This document shows positions 44,910-56,574 of a stretch of 64,000 bases of DNA, one piece after another. The stretch comes from Dudresnaya verticillata. Its lineage: Eukaryota. The stretch is taken from NCBI GenBank assembly GCA_977862235.1, contig OZ374557.1, positions 1,674,001 through 1,738,000 of the forward strand, in the 5' to 3' direction. Position 1 is the stretch's first letter, and each line of letters starts with the position of its first letter. Made by a program: the position numbers and the translations under genes. The notes beneath the pieces were generated by a model, which was not told the origin of the DNA, made no database searches, and worked only from the letters and a program-made list of their open reading frames with translations.

Positions 44910-45289
44910 CAGACTGCACTTTGTCTATCAGTTTTAACCGGTTGTCGTAGTTCTGCCGTGTACAACATATTCAACCTTCAGCTATTTACTGAACTTAACT
45001 TGCGGTACGAGAGCGACATGTCGCCTCATGCACATTATCATCATCAAAGTTAACTTTTATAACAGTCAGAGTACTCTCTTTGGGAGCCATGATTTCAACG
45101 TAATGCTTCGACCTCAAGCATTGACTCCACAGGAGGCATTCGAGAACATCGGCCCATACTACTTAGGTTTGTACGTCATCATGGCTGTGGATGGGGGGCC
45201 AATGGCGTATGTGTTGACGACATAGCTGCTCTCAACAAAATGGGCTTTGTACATGAGCGTATACTACACCCACACAATTCTCAGACTTG

Positions 45290-48244
45290 CTACATCGTCG
45301 TGGCACATATTCGACCAAATTCCTTCAGCGCTCTTCTAAGTTCTCGTTGTGATCCCACAGAGTTAAAGCACCTGCGATACAGGATTTCCCTCATTTGCGC
45401 ATCCAGTCTAGCGCCAGGGGCCGCAGAATTCGCAAAAGCTCCCGAGAGGCATGCTCGCATGGCATTATCCGGATCGGATTCCCCTGAAGCAGCAGCCATC
45501 CACTTAGATAGCAGGTAAAGAGCATCTGCCACAGCACCAGCGCATCTTGCATGACGCGCTGCAAACATCAACCCCCTTGTAACGACAACAGGTCCACCTC
45601 CGCCGCTTAACACCAACGCCGTGGTACTAGCAGCAACTTTTGGACTACAGACAGCCTTCCACCAGCACAAGGCCTCCCTCACGATAGACACCTCGTTTGA
45701 TTCCAAGCCATCGAGACCAACCCGGGCACACTTGGCAGCATGCTCAGAAACTGGCGACGGATTCGGGTTCGGGGAAAGCAACATCGTCACGAAGCGAAAG
45801 TATGCAACGGTCATTTCCACTTGACTCTCATAGTTTCCATGTGTGAACGAATGCAGGCCATCTAAGCTGTGTTGTAGGGATACAGAGAGACACGCTAGAG
45901 CGCGCCCTCTGACGTCCTCACTAAACCCGCCTTCAAGACATTCCAAAACATGAGGAGTGATATCCCCAATGGCTTGCAGCCAGCACGTCTCCCCATCTTT
46001 TCCACTTCGCAGGAAACACTGGGCAGCAAGCGACATGCAAGACATGGCAAGTAAAACTCTTCCGCCTTCTCGATGGGATTCTCCGTCTTGGAGAATCCTT
46101 TTCCGGCGGTCGTCAGTTGCAGCTTCCTCAGCAGCGTTCGAAGAATGGCCATCGTCCATCAATGTCGGAAGCACGCTTACCTCGAAAAGGAAGCAGACAG
46201 CCTTCGATATTGTGTCATCTGCACAGTGCTCCAAGGCCACCTCAAACACCGTTGGCCGCAGTCGTTCAAACAACGCTGTCGCCACTTCGTTGTCATTTAT
46301 ATCCTCTATTCCCCCTCCTATCAGGCACAAGAACCTGGTCAACTTTCGAGGACCATTGCCATTTCCTTTGTTTGCACACGTCCAGAGCAACTGTTGACAA
46401 GAGCTTTCGAGAATCACTTCCAAGGCCCGCCGCCTTTCTTCGTAAGTAGCTAGACACGCTGCGATCTTGGACAAGCCTCGAATACAGTCTTCAGCAGATT
46501 TGTCCGTCATTTGAGACAACATGCTGGTCTCGCATTTGATCAACTCTGGTAAAAATGTGGTCAAGCGCTCCGGCTTGGTTCCTGCGAGTTCACGAAGAAA
46601 CTGTGCTGCCTTAACGCTGAGGTTAGGGTCCATAATTCCTCTGCCTGCACACCGGACAGCACGCAACAGCACACCGTCAGAGCCATACGCAGAGAGTACA
46701 GAGGAAAGCGCCCGTAGAGAATTCAATGCCGCCTGCTGCAAAGGTACACATCCATTCCGATCTTGGATCTGACCGGACTCGAAAGATTCGAGAAATGTCA
46801 TAATGCGTTGCAACACATTTAGCAGCATGTCTGTACCGTCTGACTTGCGCGAGCAGGCAACCTCAGCAACCTCACCAGCAACGGCAAATGCCAACAATGA
46901 TGCACAAAGTCCTTGTGGAGAGGTATTCCAGTGATCGTCCAGGAGGGGCGAGATGGCTTGGACATACCCAACGACTCCCAAGGATGATGTGGCCTCGAGA
47001 AGAAAATCCATGATACAAGCTTTCTCGTTTGCTCTATCCGTGGAGTGATTCGTTCCGCTTTCTACGACCTCTAGAACGAACTGAAGGGACTTCATTCGTT
47101 GAACAACAACAGCAACCACAGCCCCAATCCTGTGCTCCCCTATACTGTCGCGACCTTGTGCGACGAGATTTGCAGCACAAATCCAGTTCGACCAGCCCTC
47201 CACAGACGCCAAAAATGCCCGCTCGTCTCTTGACTGCAAGCAAAGCCACAAAAGGTCCGTCGCCTTCACTGCTACCCGCTTATATAGCACATCTTCTTGC
47301 TCCATCACCTCATCCGCATTCCCATCCGACAGCGCACAGGCAACCTCCGCAATGGCATGGTGGACGACTCCCTCGCTATCTGATCCCAGAACTGCACGGT
47401 ACGATGAAACTAGTTCCGCGCATGTGGAGACAAGCATTTCAGTATTAGTTCCCGAGTACCCAATAATCTCATTGAGAGCATCCGCAACGTCATCCGCAAG
47501 ACGGGCGACACGAATGGCCCGCACCAGTACAGCGACTATATCGACACTCGGCGCATACCTTTGCCAAGCCAATAGGCACAAAACTGCAGCACGAAGGCCT
47601 TGGATGTCTTGAACATCATCCACAGCGACATCCCCACAGCCTGTTTTGAGGGTGAAGATGGCTCCTGGCACCACATCCATGACTTTTTGGCGACAAAACG
47701 AACTCATCATAACGTGCTTCTGCACATCCACCCTAGAAACCTCATCCATTTCCTTCAAGACAGCGTCAAAGGCTTTGCACTTCAAAAGCACATCTTGACC
47801 AGTTCTGTGAAGCATGGCGCTCCACATTGACTCCCTTTCTACAGGTGTCTGCGCCATCATGAGGCAAAAGCCGCATGCGCGCCCAAAGTAGTAAACAGGA
47901 GATGATGAGTTTTCCCCAATAACTGGACCGGAGGGGCGCGCAAGACCCTCCAGAGCCACGCCAAAGACGGAGCCGCGAGCCGGGGCGTCAACAAAACCAA
48001 GCCAGTCGGAACGGGTACGTGTGTATACGGTACGAGACGCGAACATGAGCGCGGCGGGGCTTGTGGTCTGCGAGCGGATGAGGGCCGCGCAGGTGGGCCA
48101 TGCTAAGGGAGATGAACGGACATTGCACAGAAAGCGGTCAGCATCCGCGACAGAGGCGTCGCCGCGGTGCAGGACACGCAGGGCTTCCTCGACTTGCGCG
48201 GCGGTCACATGGTCTTCGTGGAGCATTGGCGACGCGCTGGCCAT
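45290..48244 (-). CDS. Importin-beta/transportin-like HEAT-repeat protein (divergent)
   Basis: N-terminal IBN_N-like pattern (AL..L...AD.FL...S..AW....L...FAS.T......DW) in a 984-aa helical protein. Confidence 0.65.
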   Translation of the reverse strand: MASASPMLHEDHVTAAQVEEALRVLHRGDASVADADRFLCNVRSSPLAWPTCAALIRSQTTSPAALMFASRTVYTRTRSDWLGFVDAPARGSVFGVALEGLARPSGPVIGENSSSPVYYFGRACGFCLMMAQTPVERESMWSAMLHRTGQDVLLKCKAFDAVLKEMDEVSRVDVQKHVMMSSFCRQKVMDVVPGAIFTLKTGCGDVAVDDVQDIQGLRAAVLCLLAWQRYAPSVDIVAVLVRAIRVARLADDVADALNEIIGYSGTNTEMLVSTCAELVSSYRAVLGSDSEGVVHHAIAEVACALSDGNADEVMEQEDVLYKRVAVKATDLLWLCLQSRDERAFLASVEGWSNWICAANLVAQGRDSIGEHRIGAVVAVVVQRMKSLQFVLEVVESGTNHSTDRANEKACIMDFLLEATSSLGVVGYVQAISPLLDDHWNTSPQGLCASLLAFAVAGEVAEVACSRKSDGTDMLLNVLQRIMTFLESFESGQIQDRNGCVPLQQAALNSLRALSSVLSAYGSDGVLLRAVRCAGRGIMDPNLSVKAAQFLRELAGTKPERLTTFLPELIKCETSMLSQMTDKSAEDCIRGLSKIAACLATYEERRRALEVILESSCQQLLWTCANKGNGNGPRKLTRFLCLIGGGIEDINDNEVATALFERLRPTVFEVALEHCADDTISKAVCFLFEVSVLPTLMDDGHSSNAAEEAATDDRRKRILQDGESHREGGRVLLAMSCMSLAAQCFLRSGKDGETCWLQAIGDITPHVLECLEGGFSEDVRGRALACLSVSLQHSLDGLHSFTHGNYESQVEMTVAYFRFVTMLLSPNPNPSPVSEHAAKCARVGLDGLESNEVSIVREALCWWKAVCSPKVAASTTALVLSGGGGPVVVTRGLMFAARHARCAGAVADALYLLSKWMAAASGESDPDNAMRACLSGAFANSAAPGARLDAQMREILYRRCFNSVGSQRELRRALKEFGRICATTM

Positions 48245-48468
48245 GGGGGTGTGCCTCCTTGAAATGGCATATCATGTGTGCACCCTGTCTGGAGGGAGTT
48301 TTGGGCGTGCCGAGGCCGAGCGTGACGATGGGCTCCATCGTCTTGAGGTAACAAGGATCACAGGCCCATGATTTCGACAAAAACTTCAAAAACAAGCGCG
48401 TTGCGTGCAACTCATAAACAGTCTCTTTTACAGCATCTGTTTGAAGATTGCGAAAACACCCCCAGCAA

Positions 48469-49644
48469 TCACGGTTTTTCCGTTGCCAGTTCAAGTGTTC
48501 TGAGCTCCTGCGCAACCTGTTCCCCTGCCTGAACAGCAGGATATCGACCTGCGCTCGGAGAGGATGCGAACTGCCCCAGCGGTGCGAGCACGGCGTCGGA
48601 GCGAACATGAGCAAACAGAGTGGAGCTTACCCGCCACATGGAGCCGCCTGCCGCTTTCGCGCGCACGGCTGCGCCGCTGGTCTCCTCGCTCACCACCACT
48701 TCGTGCATGCCTTTCTGGATCTCGCCCGCTGTGAGATGTTCCAGCTGAATACCCGACTGTATCAGTAAGCATCCCTCAGGCACCACGACCGGGATGCGCT
48801 TCCCGGTCCTTGTCCAGACGTACAACCCGGGATACCGCGCACGTCCATGAATTGTCAGGATATTCAAGTCATAGTGGTACCCTGCGATGGTCGTGCCGAC
48901 CTTGTCAGCGAAAAGGTTCATGTCAGACCCCGTAGGCGCCAGCAAGTGCGGGCCGAACTCGAGTTTCTTGCGAAGCGCAGTTCTCTCCAGGCCCAAACCT
49001 AACGCCAACATCTCTGACACTAACATGATCGTTTCCATTAGCTTGTCTCCCCAAGCATTCATTGTGTCTGCCCATTCATCCTTAAAGGTTTCCGGAATGA
49101 CTTGAGCGGCGTTCAGTTCAGGGAAGTCAGTCTTTTCAGGACGCTTTCCGCATCGCCAGAAAAATCGCCACTTCGGGTCCTTCAGTCTCGCTCCCGGGGC
49201 ACTGACAGGCTTCTCACTGCTGTCAAGATTGCTTGCTATTTCAGAATTATCGCGCGGACGCTCTATGCCATCCGGTGTAACTCCAACCTATCACCACAGA
49301 AGCAACAAAAAGGAAGCACCATTGACGTGTAAGAAAGCGACAGAATTCTGAGCACGATATCAAACAAACGTAAAATAGCCGTGTTGGGAACGAACCTGGT
49401 AGAACAGCTCTGGTCGAGCATCCTTCAACTTCGTTTCCCGCGGCTGCGAGAAGTAGCGCTCCATCATATCCATGAAGCGCGCAGAGTCGCGTGCGTCAAC
49501 CCGTGGGTCACGAATGAGAACCGCTCCAAATTGTTGCAGCGAGGATGCGAGCTTCTCGCAAGCTACAGCATCCTGTCCCCCTCCGAGAAAGATGGAGATG
49601 TCGACGAGGTCGATTGCGTCGGCAAGGCTGTGTTTCCCCGACAT
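48469..49644 (-). CDS. 2-oxoglutarate/Fe(II) oxygenase (IPNS-like); intron 49395..49288
   Basis: Splicing gives YQ|VGVTP; also DPKWRFFWR, GPHLLAPTGSD, HYD (HxD), distal H in GMHEVV, and RVS (RxS). Confidence 0.9.
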
Positions 49645-49835
49645 TGAGACTGCTGGTTTGGGACAGGTCGACCGAGAAGGACAGAGTGCTCAGGTCGAAG
49701 AGACAATTCGTGGAAGGTCCGTCGCGAGAGATTCCAAGTTGTGATAGACAGGGGGTGGGAAGGTCCGGCAGTAAGAGACGCGATGAGGGGTCCGCCAGTC
49801 CGCGATTTTGTATTGATCTTTTCGCAGATACCAGT

Positions 49836-49858
49836 AGTCCGGGTCTACGAGTTGATAT
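49836..49858 (+). repeat. Left copy of the exact 23-bp direct repeat AGTCCGGGTCTACGAGTTGATAT
   Basis: Identical to 60939..60961. Confidence 0.95.
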
Positions 49859-49918
49859 GGGACTATATGTGGTTTCCTTGATTAGAGCACCATTGTGTAC
49901 GTATCACTGTGTGTGCAC

Positions 49919-50162
49919 TATTGATCGCAACCCACAGCGTACCAAGGGACGGGCGCGGACTCATTCCCCTATACTGTAACTGCAAGAATTTTATGGCGCT
50001 TCGTTTATGTGCTCTCCTTCATTTAACTGTCACACCATGGCTTAATCTCCCTGGTCTGCTGCCTGTAATGCACTGCCTGTAGAAGTACTGTACCTGCGAA
50101 CCGGAGCCGTATTGATCGCAACCTACAGCGTACCAAGGGACGGGCGAAGACTCATTCCCCTA
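49919..50162 (+). repeat. 53-bp direct repeat (49919..49971 and 50110..50162, 3 mismatches)
   Basis: TATTGATCGCAACCYACAGCGTACCAAGGGACGGGCG..GACTCATTCCCCTA occurs twice; the second copy includes the NR stop codon. Confidence 0.92.
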
Positions 50163-50441
50163 GAACTGGGAGAAATTTTCCTCAACGTAGCCTAACTTCC
50201 TAAGGTTCGGAATGCAAGCGTGCGTGATCATTGGTGCCGGACCGCACATTCCTACGAATGAGTATATACTGGCATCTGGAATATGTTCTCTGATCATTTC
50301 CTCATCAACGAAACCAATGCTGAAGGTCCAATTATTGGGGGGTGTATCAAGAGTGAACCAAACATGGATATTGCTGCGCTCTACAGCCATCTTCTCGAGT
50401 TCATCCCTCAGGAGGATGTCGTCCTCCGTCTGATTAGCATA

Positions 50442-51884
50442 CAGTCCCCGAAAGCTCCATAAATACATACCAGGGTGTTTAAAAAAAGAAGCCTTCCGCC
50501 GAAATGCGCCGACAGCGAGGCCTCATGCGACATGTAGAAGTGCCCGGCCAGTCCGAAAATGGACTCAGAATTACAAAAGAACGTGCCATTACGACGCTAG
50601 GAGTAAAAATGTGAAAGAAATTTGCATAAATACACGCAATTCTATAAGGTACAAACTTTACAAATCGAGACAATGGGCGGGCAACTTCATCTAACGAACT
50701 CAAGCCACCTTTACCACATCCCCCCTCACCTCATGCTGTTGCCCCCGACTGCCGCACCAACTCTGCCACTCCCAAATTGCCGAGAGGCAAGCTACTAACC
50801 CAATTTGAGAAGGGACAGATCGTCGCCTTCTCAAAGCAAAGAATGAGCGTCCGCAAGATTGCTGGGAGCATCGGACGCTCACTCGGTGCTGTTCAGAACT
50901 TCCTCCGCCATCCGAAACGTACCGATGCACGCAACACGACGCGTAACGCGAAAAAAATAACGAAGCGGCAAACAAGGTTGCTAATTCGCGAGGCATGCAA
51001 GGGAGATGAAATCGTCCTCCGAGCTCCGGCTGTCTCTCAATCTTCCTGTGGGAGTCCGGCGTGTACAGCAGCTACTTAGCGCAGCTCCGCATTTGAAGTA
51101 CACAAAAATGGTTGCCCGTCCTATGATGATCCAAAGGCACAAGGACGCGCATGTAATTTTCGCGACGGAACAGCTCGAGAAGTCAGCCGAATACTGGAAG
51201 AATGCCGTCTTCTCTGACGAAAAGAAATTCAATTTAGACGGTCCCGACGGTCTAGCGTGCTATTGGCACGACTTGAGGACGGAGGAACGCGTGTTTTCTA
51301 AACGTCAACAAGGGGGTCAGTCTTTAATGCTGTGGGGGGCTATTTCGTTTTACGGGAAGTCATCCCTTGTCATTATACAAGGCTCAATGGACTCCAACCT
51401 GTACTGCCAAGTGTTAGAGGAGGAGTTACTACCGTTCGCAGCGGTAACATTGGGCGAAAATTGGGTGTTTCAACAAGATGGAGCTTCGTGTCACCGCTCG
51501 AACTATACGAAGAGTTGGCTCGCAGACAAGAACATCAGTCTCATGGACTGGCCCGCAAAGTCCCCCGACTTGAACATTATTGAGAATGTCTGGGGGACTT
51601 TGGCGCGGGCTGTTTACAAAAATGGGAGGCAGTGCAAGACTGCGGAGGAATTGGGTCAGCAAGTTGTGCGCAGCTGGGAGAACATCAGCGAAAACTACCT
51701 CAAGGACCTATATAGGTCCATTCCGCGGCGCATGATAGAGGTTATTGAGAAGAAAGGGAACACAACAAGCTATTAGAATACCAGCAATAAAAGGTTGAAT
51801 AGTTTGTATCTTATAGAATTGCGCGTATTTATGCAAATTTCTTTTAAACGCCCTGGTGTGTATTTATGGAGCTTTCGGGGACTG
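50442..51884 (+). mobile_element. Tc1/mariner (DD34E) DNA transposon, 1443 bp, TA target-site duplication
   Basis: TIR CAGTCCCCGAAAGCTCCATAAATACAYACCAGGGYGTTTAAAA at both ends; TA at 50440-41 and 51885-86; removing it restores NR VFLLYANQTED. Confidence 0.96.
50777..51776 (+). pseudogene. Tc1/Tc3-like transposase with a frameshift near 51000 and a TTG at the expected start
   Basis: PRG.L...EKG.I HTH in one frame; FSDEKKF, FQQDGA..H and SPDLNIIE (34 residues between D and E) in the next frame. Confidence 0.9.
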
Positions 51885-54800
51885 TACAGTAGGAAAACTT
51901 CGGTCTGGTCTTCCAGATCCTTGTACACTGCCTTCATAATTTGGTATACTGGGGTGAGGCCAGTTCCACCGCAAATCAATCCGAGCTTGTCAATGCGTCT
52001 CGATTTCCCCTTCAAGAGGAAATGACCTCTGCCTATGTATTGAAAATGCCCAAGTGGGCCTTTCACTTTTAGACGATCCCCAATTTGCATTCTTTCCATG
52101 TGCTGACTCATCTTTCCCCGATCCGGAAACCGTGGGTGTACTTTTGCGAAGTACACTTTCACACACAAGGTAAACGTTCCAAGATCGTCATCTGATGAAA
52201 CCGGTGTGTAAGCACGCATCACTAGTTTGCCATCAATGACGGCCTGTGCGAACATGTGGTATCCCACAGGCAGCCCAAGACGATGAAGTTCCGATGGGAG
52301 TTGAAACTTGAACAAACGGGTGTCATGGGATATATCCGTCTTTTGGATCAGTTCGAATTCAGCCCATTTCTTCGGATTCAGAGCAACCAAATCGACAGAT
52401 TTGGATGCCTTCTCAACAACGGAGACCAAACGGTTCGGTAGCTCATCTTTCATCAGTTGGACGGACGACTTAGAAAGGTGCATTGAGCTACATGGTGCGA
52501 CCGGTGGTCCATTCTCGGCGTCACCTGCGAGTTCACCTATGTAATATTCTACGAGCATCGACTTTGCCTTATCCGAATGGATTGCCATGAACTCCTCGGT
52601 AGCGTCATCGCCTGCGTTCATGACGATAGAAGCAGCACCACCAGGATGTGCTTCTAAGTACGGTGTTGCGCCATATACATGTCCTTCAACGACAATTCAA
52701 GCTGACTCCTCCGAATTGTGCCGTTGCACTTCTTCCATACTGTAGAACTTCAGCATGGACGATAAAGCCGGTGCACTTTCAGATTTGCTCGGACCAGATC
52801 CTATTGAAGGAATAACTGCAGGTTTCGGCGGCTGCATCCACCCCCCAGAAGCGGGCCCCGGTATAGTCGGATGTAGAAATTCGAGGACGAAAGCACCGGC
52901 AGATTGTCGCGGCTGAACCTTCACCGTGAAATGGCAGTTATTGCCCATTCCCATGAGATTCCACGTGATATCTTTGGGTTGAGTGTTGTTCGCTTCATCC
53001 CATGCTCGGCATCTCACCTCACCAGAACCAGTGGCCGCATTCAGGAACATGAACTTGTCAATAGTATACTCCCAGAACATCCAGCAATAGTACTTTCCAT
53101 AGTTCGGAGCGTGCGAATATCTCTCCTGAGGGTAGTCAAGCTTGCATAGAAGCCAGCTGACGCCCCCATCAAATGATACTTCTACACGGGTGATTTTGCG
53201 TCCACCACCTGAATATGCATAGCCTTTGAGAGTGTATACGCCAGCACCAGTCAATGTCAGGGTCTCTCCATTTGCCGGATAAACTATTGCGGAATTGATG
53301 TTGAGCTCATTGAAAAGATATTCTGGCTTGTACCACCAGCCTTCCTCTTTCGCAAGATGTTCTTCAACGTGCGGGGGCAGTATCCTGTTGTCGAAAAAGT
53401 GATAATAGTTTTCTGAAGGCTTGTCCGTGACTTCTATTGTCTCGAGCCATTTCACCATTCTCCCACCAATCCATCCTGGAATGACGACCCGGAGAGGGAA
53501 CCCATGGTCTGGTGCAAGCCTCATACCATTTTGCTCATAGGCTATCAAAACATCTCCGAACGGATCCATAGCCGTAGCAATATCAATAGAGGTTCCGTAA
53601 GTCCCATTCGGAAGCCCTTCTTTCTCCGGGCCAACAAAGCAGACGTGACGCGCCTTCTCACGATCAATGCCGCAAAAGTCCAATAAGTGGTTGAGACGGA
53701 CACCCTTCCACATATTACAAGCATGTGCAGCACAGCCCCATGAAAACCCTATCGTTTGTTTCACCATGTTCTCCTCCTTTCGACGGTTACCAGCGCAAAC
53801 GAGAGTGACTGGTAAAGTTACGGACGGTAGCTGAAGCAACTCATCCATAGAAAATGTCATCTCTTTCTGAACCAGTCCCTTCACAGCAAGCCTATGTGAG
53901 TGCCAGTCCATGCGAGGGCATTTCCCGTGATTGCGAACGTAATGCAATGAAACAGGCGTTATGAAACCCTGGTCAAGCATCTGACCGATTGGAGGTTCAC
54001 AATTAAAAGGATGCTTGCCGGTAAGCCGCACCAGGTCAGGATGCCTTGGAATCCAATTGTCAGGGCTATTCTTGTCCCTGTCATCGATCTCTGTCGCGAG
54101 GTGAGTCTTTGGAAGTACCGAATGCCGTTCCTATGCAACCTTGCCTATTGCCGCAGAAAACTCTGTCCACGCTACACCCTTGCCATCCGGCTCTAGAACT
54201 TGTGTAGATGGTTTCGAAGTAGACATATACACACGGCCTCCACGAAGCGAAGAATCCGGAGTTGCGTCAGGTGTGTTCTTCAGTGATGAATGCCCCGGTT
54301 GCTTCGTTGGGTCCCATACGGAGCGGGAGGGCGGTGGTTCCATGGCGAGCTAACGATTTGGTCGAGGCAGAGCCTGAAGATTCGCGTGGCAGACAAATTT
54401 GGCAAAGGTAGGTCCTGTACACAACCCCCGTTTAGTATTCTCCCCAATACGTTACAAATATAAGTTCTCGAAATGAAAGATCTTCCGAGCCTGGCGCAAC
54501 ACAAGAAGTTATTCACGCGAAGATAATGAGAACGAGTGGCTCGAAACCGGAACGCAGGACGTAGCTGTTGACAATAGTGGTACAAGCTGTTCCGACACAC
54601 GCGCAGCGGCAACGAGAACTTGCAGTGTCGTACATCGTTGCAGTTCGATACAAAAATGACCAGTGGACTTGCGCGATCACGAGGTTCAGTGGCGGGTTTT
54701 GCAAGGAAGTCTGAGAGAGCAATGCGAAAGCGTGGGAGGCTGGCGAACATCGGGACTTCGGTTGCGCCATCAATCCCGGTAGGCTTTTACAAAATTGTCT

Positions 54801-54992
54801 TTCGACCGAAAATATTTTATTACCGCGGATGAAGAACACGACTGGCACCTAACTGTCTCCGGACATCGTGGCATGCCGGGACTCCCACATCGGGCTTGAA
54901 GCGAAACGAGCCTGCGTCAAAACGGCTTCAAGACGATGCAGGAGAGCCGATGCGAAAGTTGCGTTACGGAGCTCTGGGCGTGCTCCAACGAG

Positions 54993-55076
54993 CTGCTGTG
55001 CTGTGGGCTCTCTTCACACCTGCGCCGTCGTCGCTTCTGCTGTGCTGTGGGCTCTCTTCACACCTTCGCCGTCGTC
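54993..55076 (+). repeat. Tandem duplication with 44-bp period upstream of the gag-like ORF
   Basis: CTGCTGTGCTGTGGGCTCTCTTCACACCTKCGCCGTCGTC occurs twice. Confidence 0.88.
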
Positions 55077-55146
55077 ACGTCCTCGCTTGCCTCGACCCCA
55101 ACGCCCAGTTTGGGTTCTTCCCCGTCGCTTTGTTTCTTTTCCTGCA

Positions 55147-56574
55147 ATGACGGACCAGACCCCTACGGACGAGGGTAGAGTGCCAGCGCAGCTTTCCTTT
55201 GCTACGCTCACAGAACGCTCGTCGGATGAGGTACTTTCGGCATCCGCCGATGCACTCAAGGCTATCATCCGAGACACACCAGACCGCCTGAAGCCCTCCG
55301 TTCGTACAACATCACGAACAGCCCTCATGGGGGCCGTGTTAAAGATAAGGGACGCTCTGGTTTCGGAGAGTTGCCCTCCGTCTACTACAGATGCAAACGC
55401 AGATAAGCAAGCCCTGGCTGAGCTGCTCGTGCTCTCCGTCCCGCAAGTCCGAGAGAGATCTACTTCAGACCTTCCAGGGTTAGCCAACCTAATGTTGAGC
55501 GCGCTGCGCTATGATAACACCCTAGACCCACAGACTTTTGACAAGGACGACCCAAAGGATGTTGTGAGTACAGTACTTTCTTGGAAACTTCGTGCTACAG
55601 AAGGGAATCTAGCTGAAGCAGAGAAGGCTACTGAAGCCACTGATAAGGACGCTCCGCAAGTCCCCCCACGTATTGTCAGAGAACACCCACCCATCTCCTT
55701 TGCTGCAGGTGCCCCGGCAGCTGAAGTCACCGAACCCTTTCCGAAACGGCTAAGGTTTAGCATGCCTGGTGAAGATGGACTTCTGAAATCCGAAACCCCC
55801 GACACGGGTTTTCGTTCCCGCGTCGGATCGGCGCTTGTGTTACCGAGCCAGTTGGGGCTGTATCCGGGCGCGGCGATGTAGATACCCACATTGAGAGTGT
55901 CAGAGAGACTGGGACCTTCTATTCTCTCCGCGCTGGTACAGGAAGGCATCAATATCGAGTTGACAGTCCGCAACAGGCGATGGAGCAGGCGCCAACCCAA
56001 CGAAGCGGGAGCAGCGGAATGCGAGGCAGTCACTCTCGCGCGAATGTTACACTTGAACATTTTAGCCCATCAATCAATGTGCTCAGCCATTCAAACCTGC
56101 CCGTGGATGGAAGTGGCCTTACGACGACTTTGGGCACTACTGTACGTGGAAAGTCGCCCGAAAGTGTCCCGATCGGCCTCATGGGGCGTGGCTCGTACAG
56201 TTCTAGAGGTTCATCCCGATACAAGCATCCGCATACCGAGTCTCGACAGTCTTTTAGCGAGATAAGCAACCCTGCAGGTGAAGGAGAGGACTGCCCTTCA
56301 GAAGCTAGGGCAGCACCCCGAGAATGCAAACTTCAAAAATGGCCGTGGAAAGAAAGGGAAGGAGTATCGACGAGTCGAAAGCGCACCCTCCCCCTTCGAC
56401 TTCAGCACACTTCAGACCCTCCTCCGCCTAATCAACCACATAATTCTAGTCCAAACCTTCTGCTCCGCACCGCTTCGCGCTCTCTCAACTTTTTATATGG
56501 TGGGCCTGCTCTCCAGGACGTCACTCCGAATACTCTCCATGGCCGTGGCAACCCTTCCACCAGTCGAGCATTAG
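55147..56574 (+). pseudogene. Putative gag-like ORF1 with two premature stops
   Basis: ORFs at 55147, 55891 and 56278 share one frame, interrupted by TAG (55879-81) and TAA (56263-65); position upstream of and overlapping RT. No gag motif recognised. Confidence 0.55.

Larger units (their letters stand above)
50160..54343 (-). pseudogene. NIA: Eukaryotic assimilatory nitrate reductase pseudogene (Moco, cytochrome b5, FAD/NADH domains)
   Basis: RLTGKHPFNCEP, LVCAGNRRKE, DHGFP, WNLMGMGNN, HPGG, RAYTP, GGTGLTP, CGP. In-frame TAG at 54133-54131, TGA at 52699-52697 (SA*IVV, conserved Trp) and a Tc1 insertion at LY|ANQ. The reconstructed frame is about 912 aa. Confidence 0.95.

Noticed and set aside
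52697..54133. Stop-codon readthrough or selenocysteine recoding in NR
   Set aside because: Two different stops plus a transposon insertion are better explained by pseudogenisation; the TGA replaces a conserved Trp.
49859..54343. NR as a LINE-generated retrocopy with a 23-bp TSD
   Set aside because: No poly(A) tail at the boundary, upstream sequence is retained, and many genes here are natively intronless.
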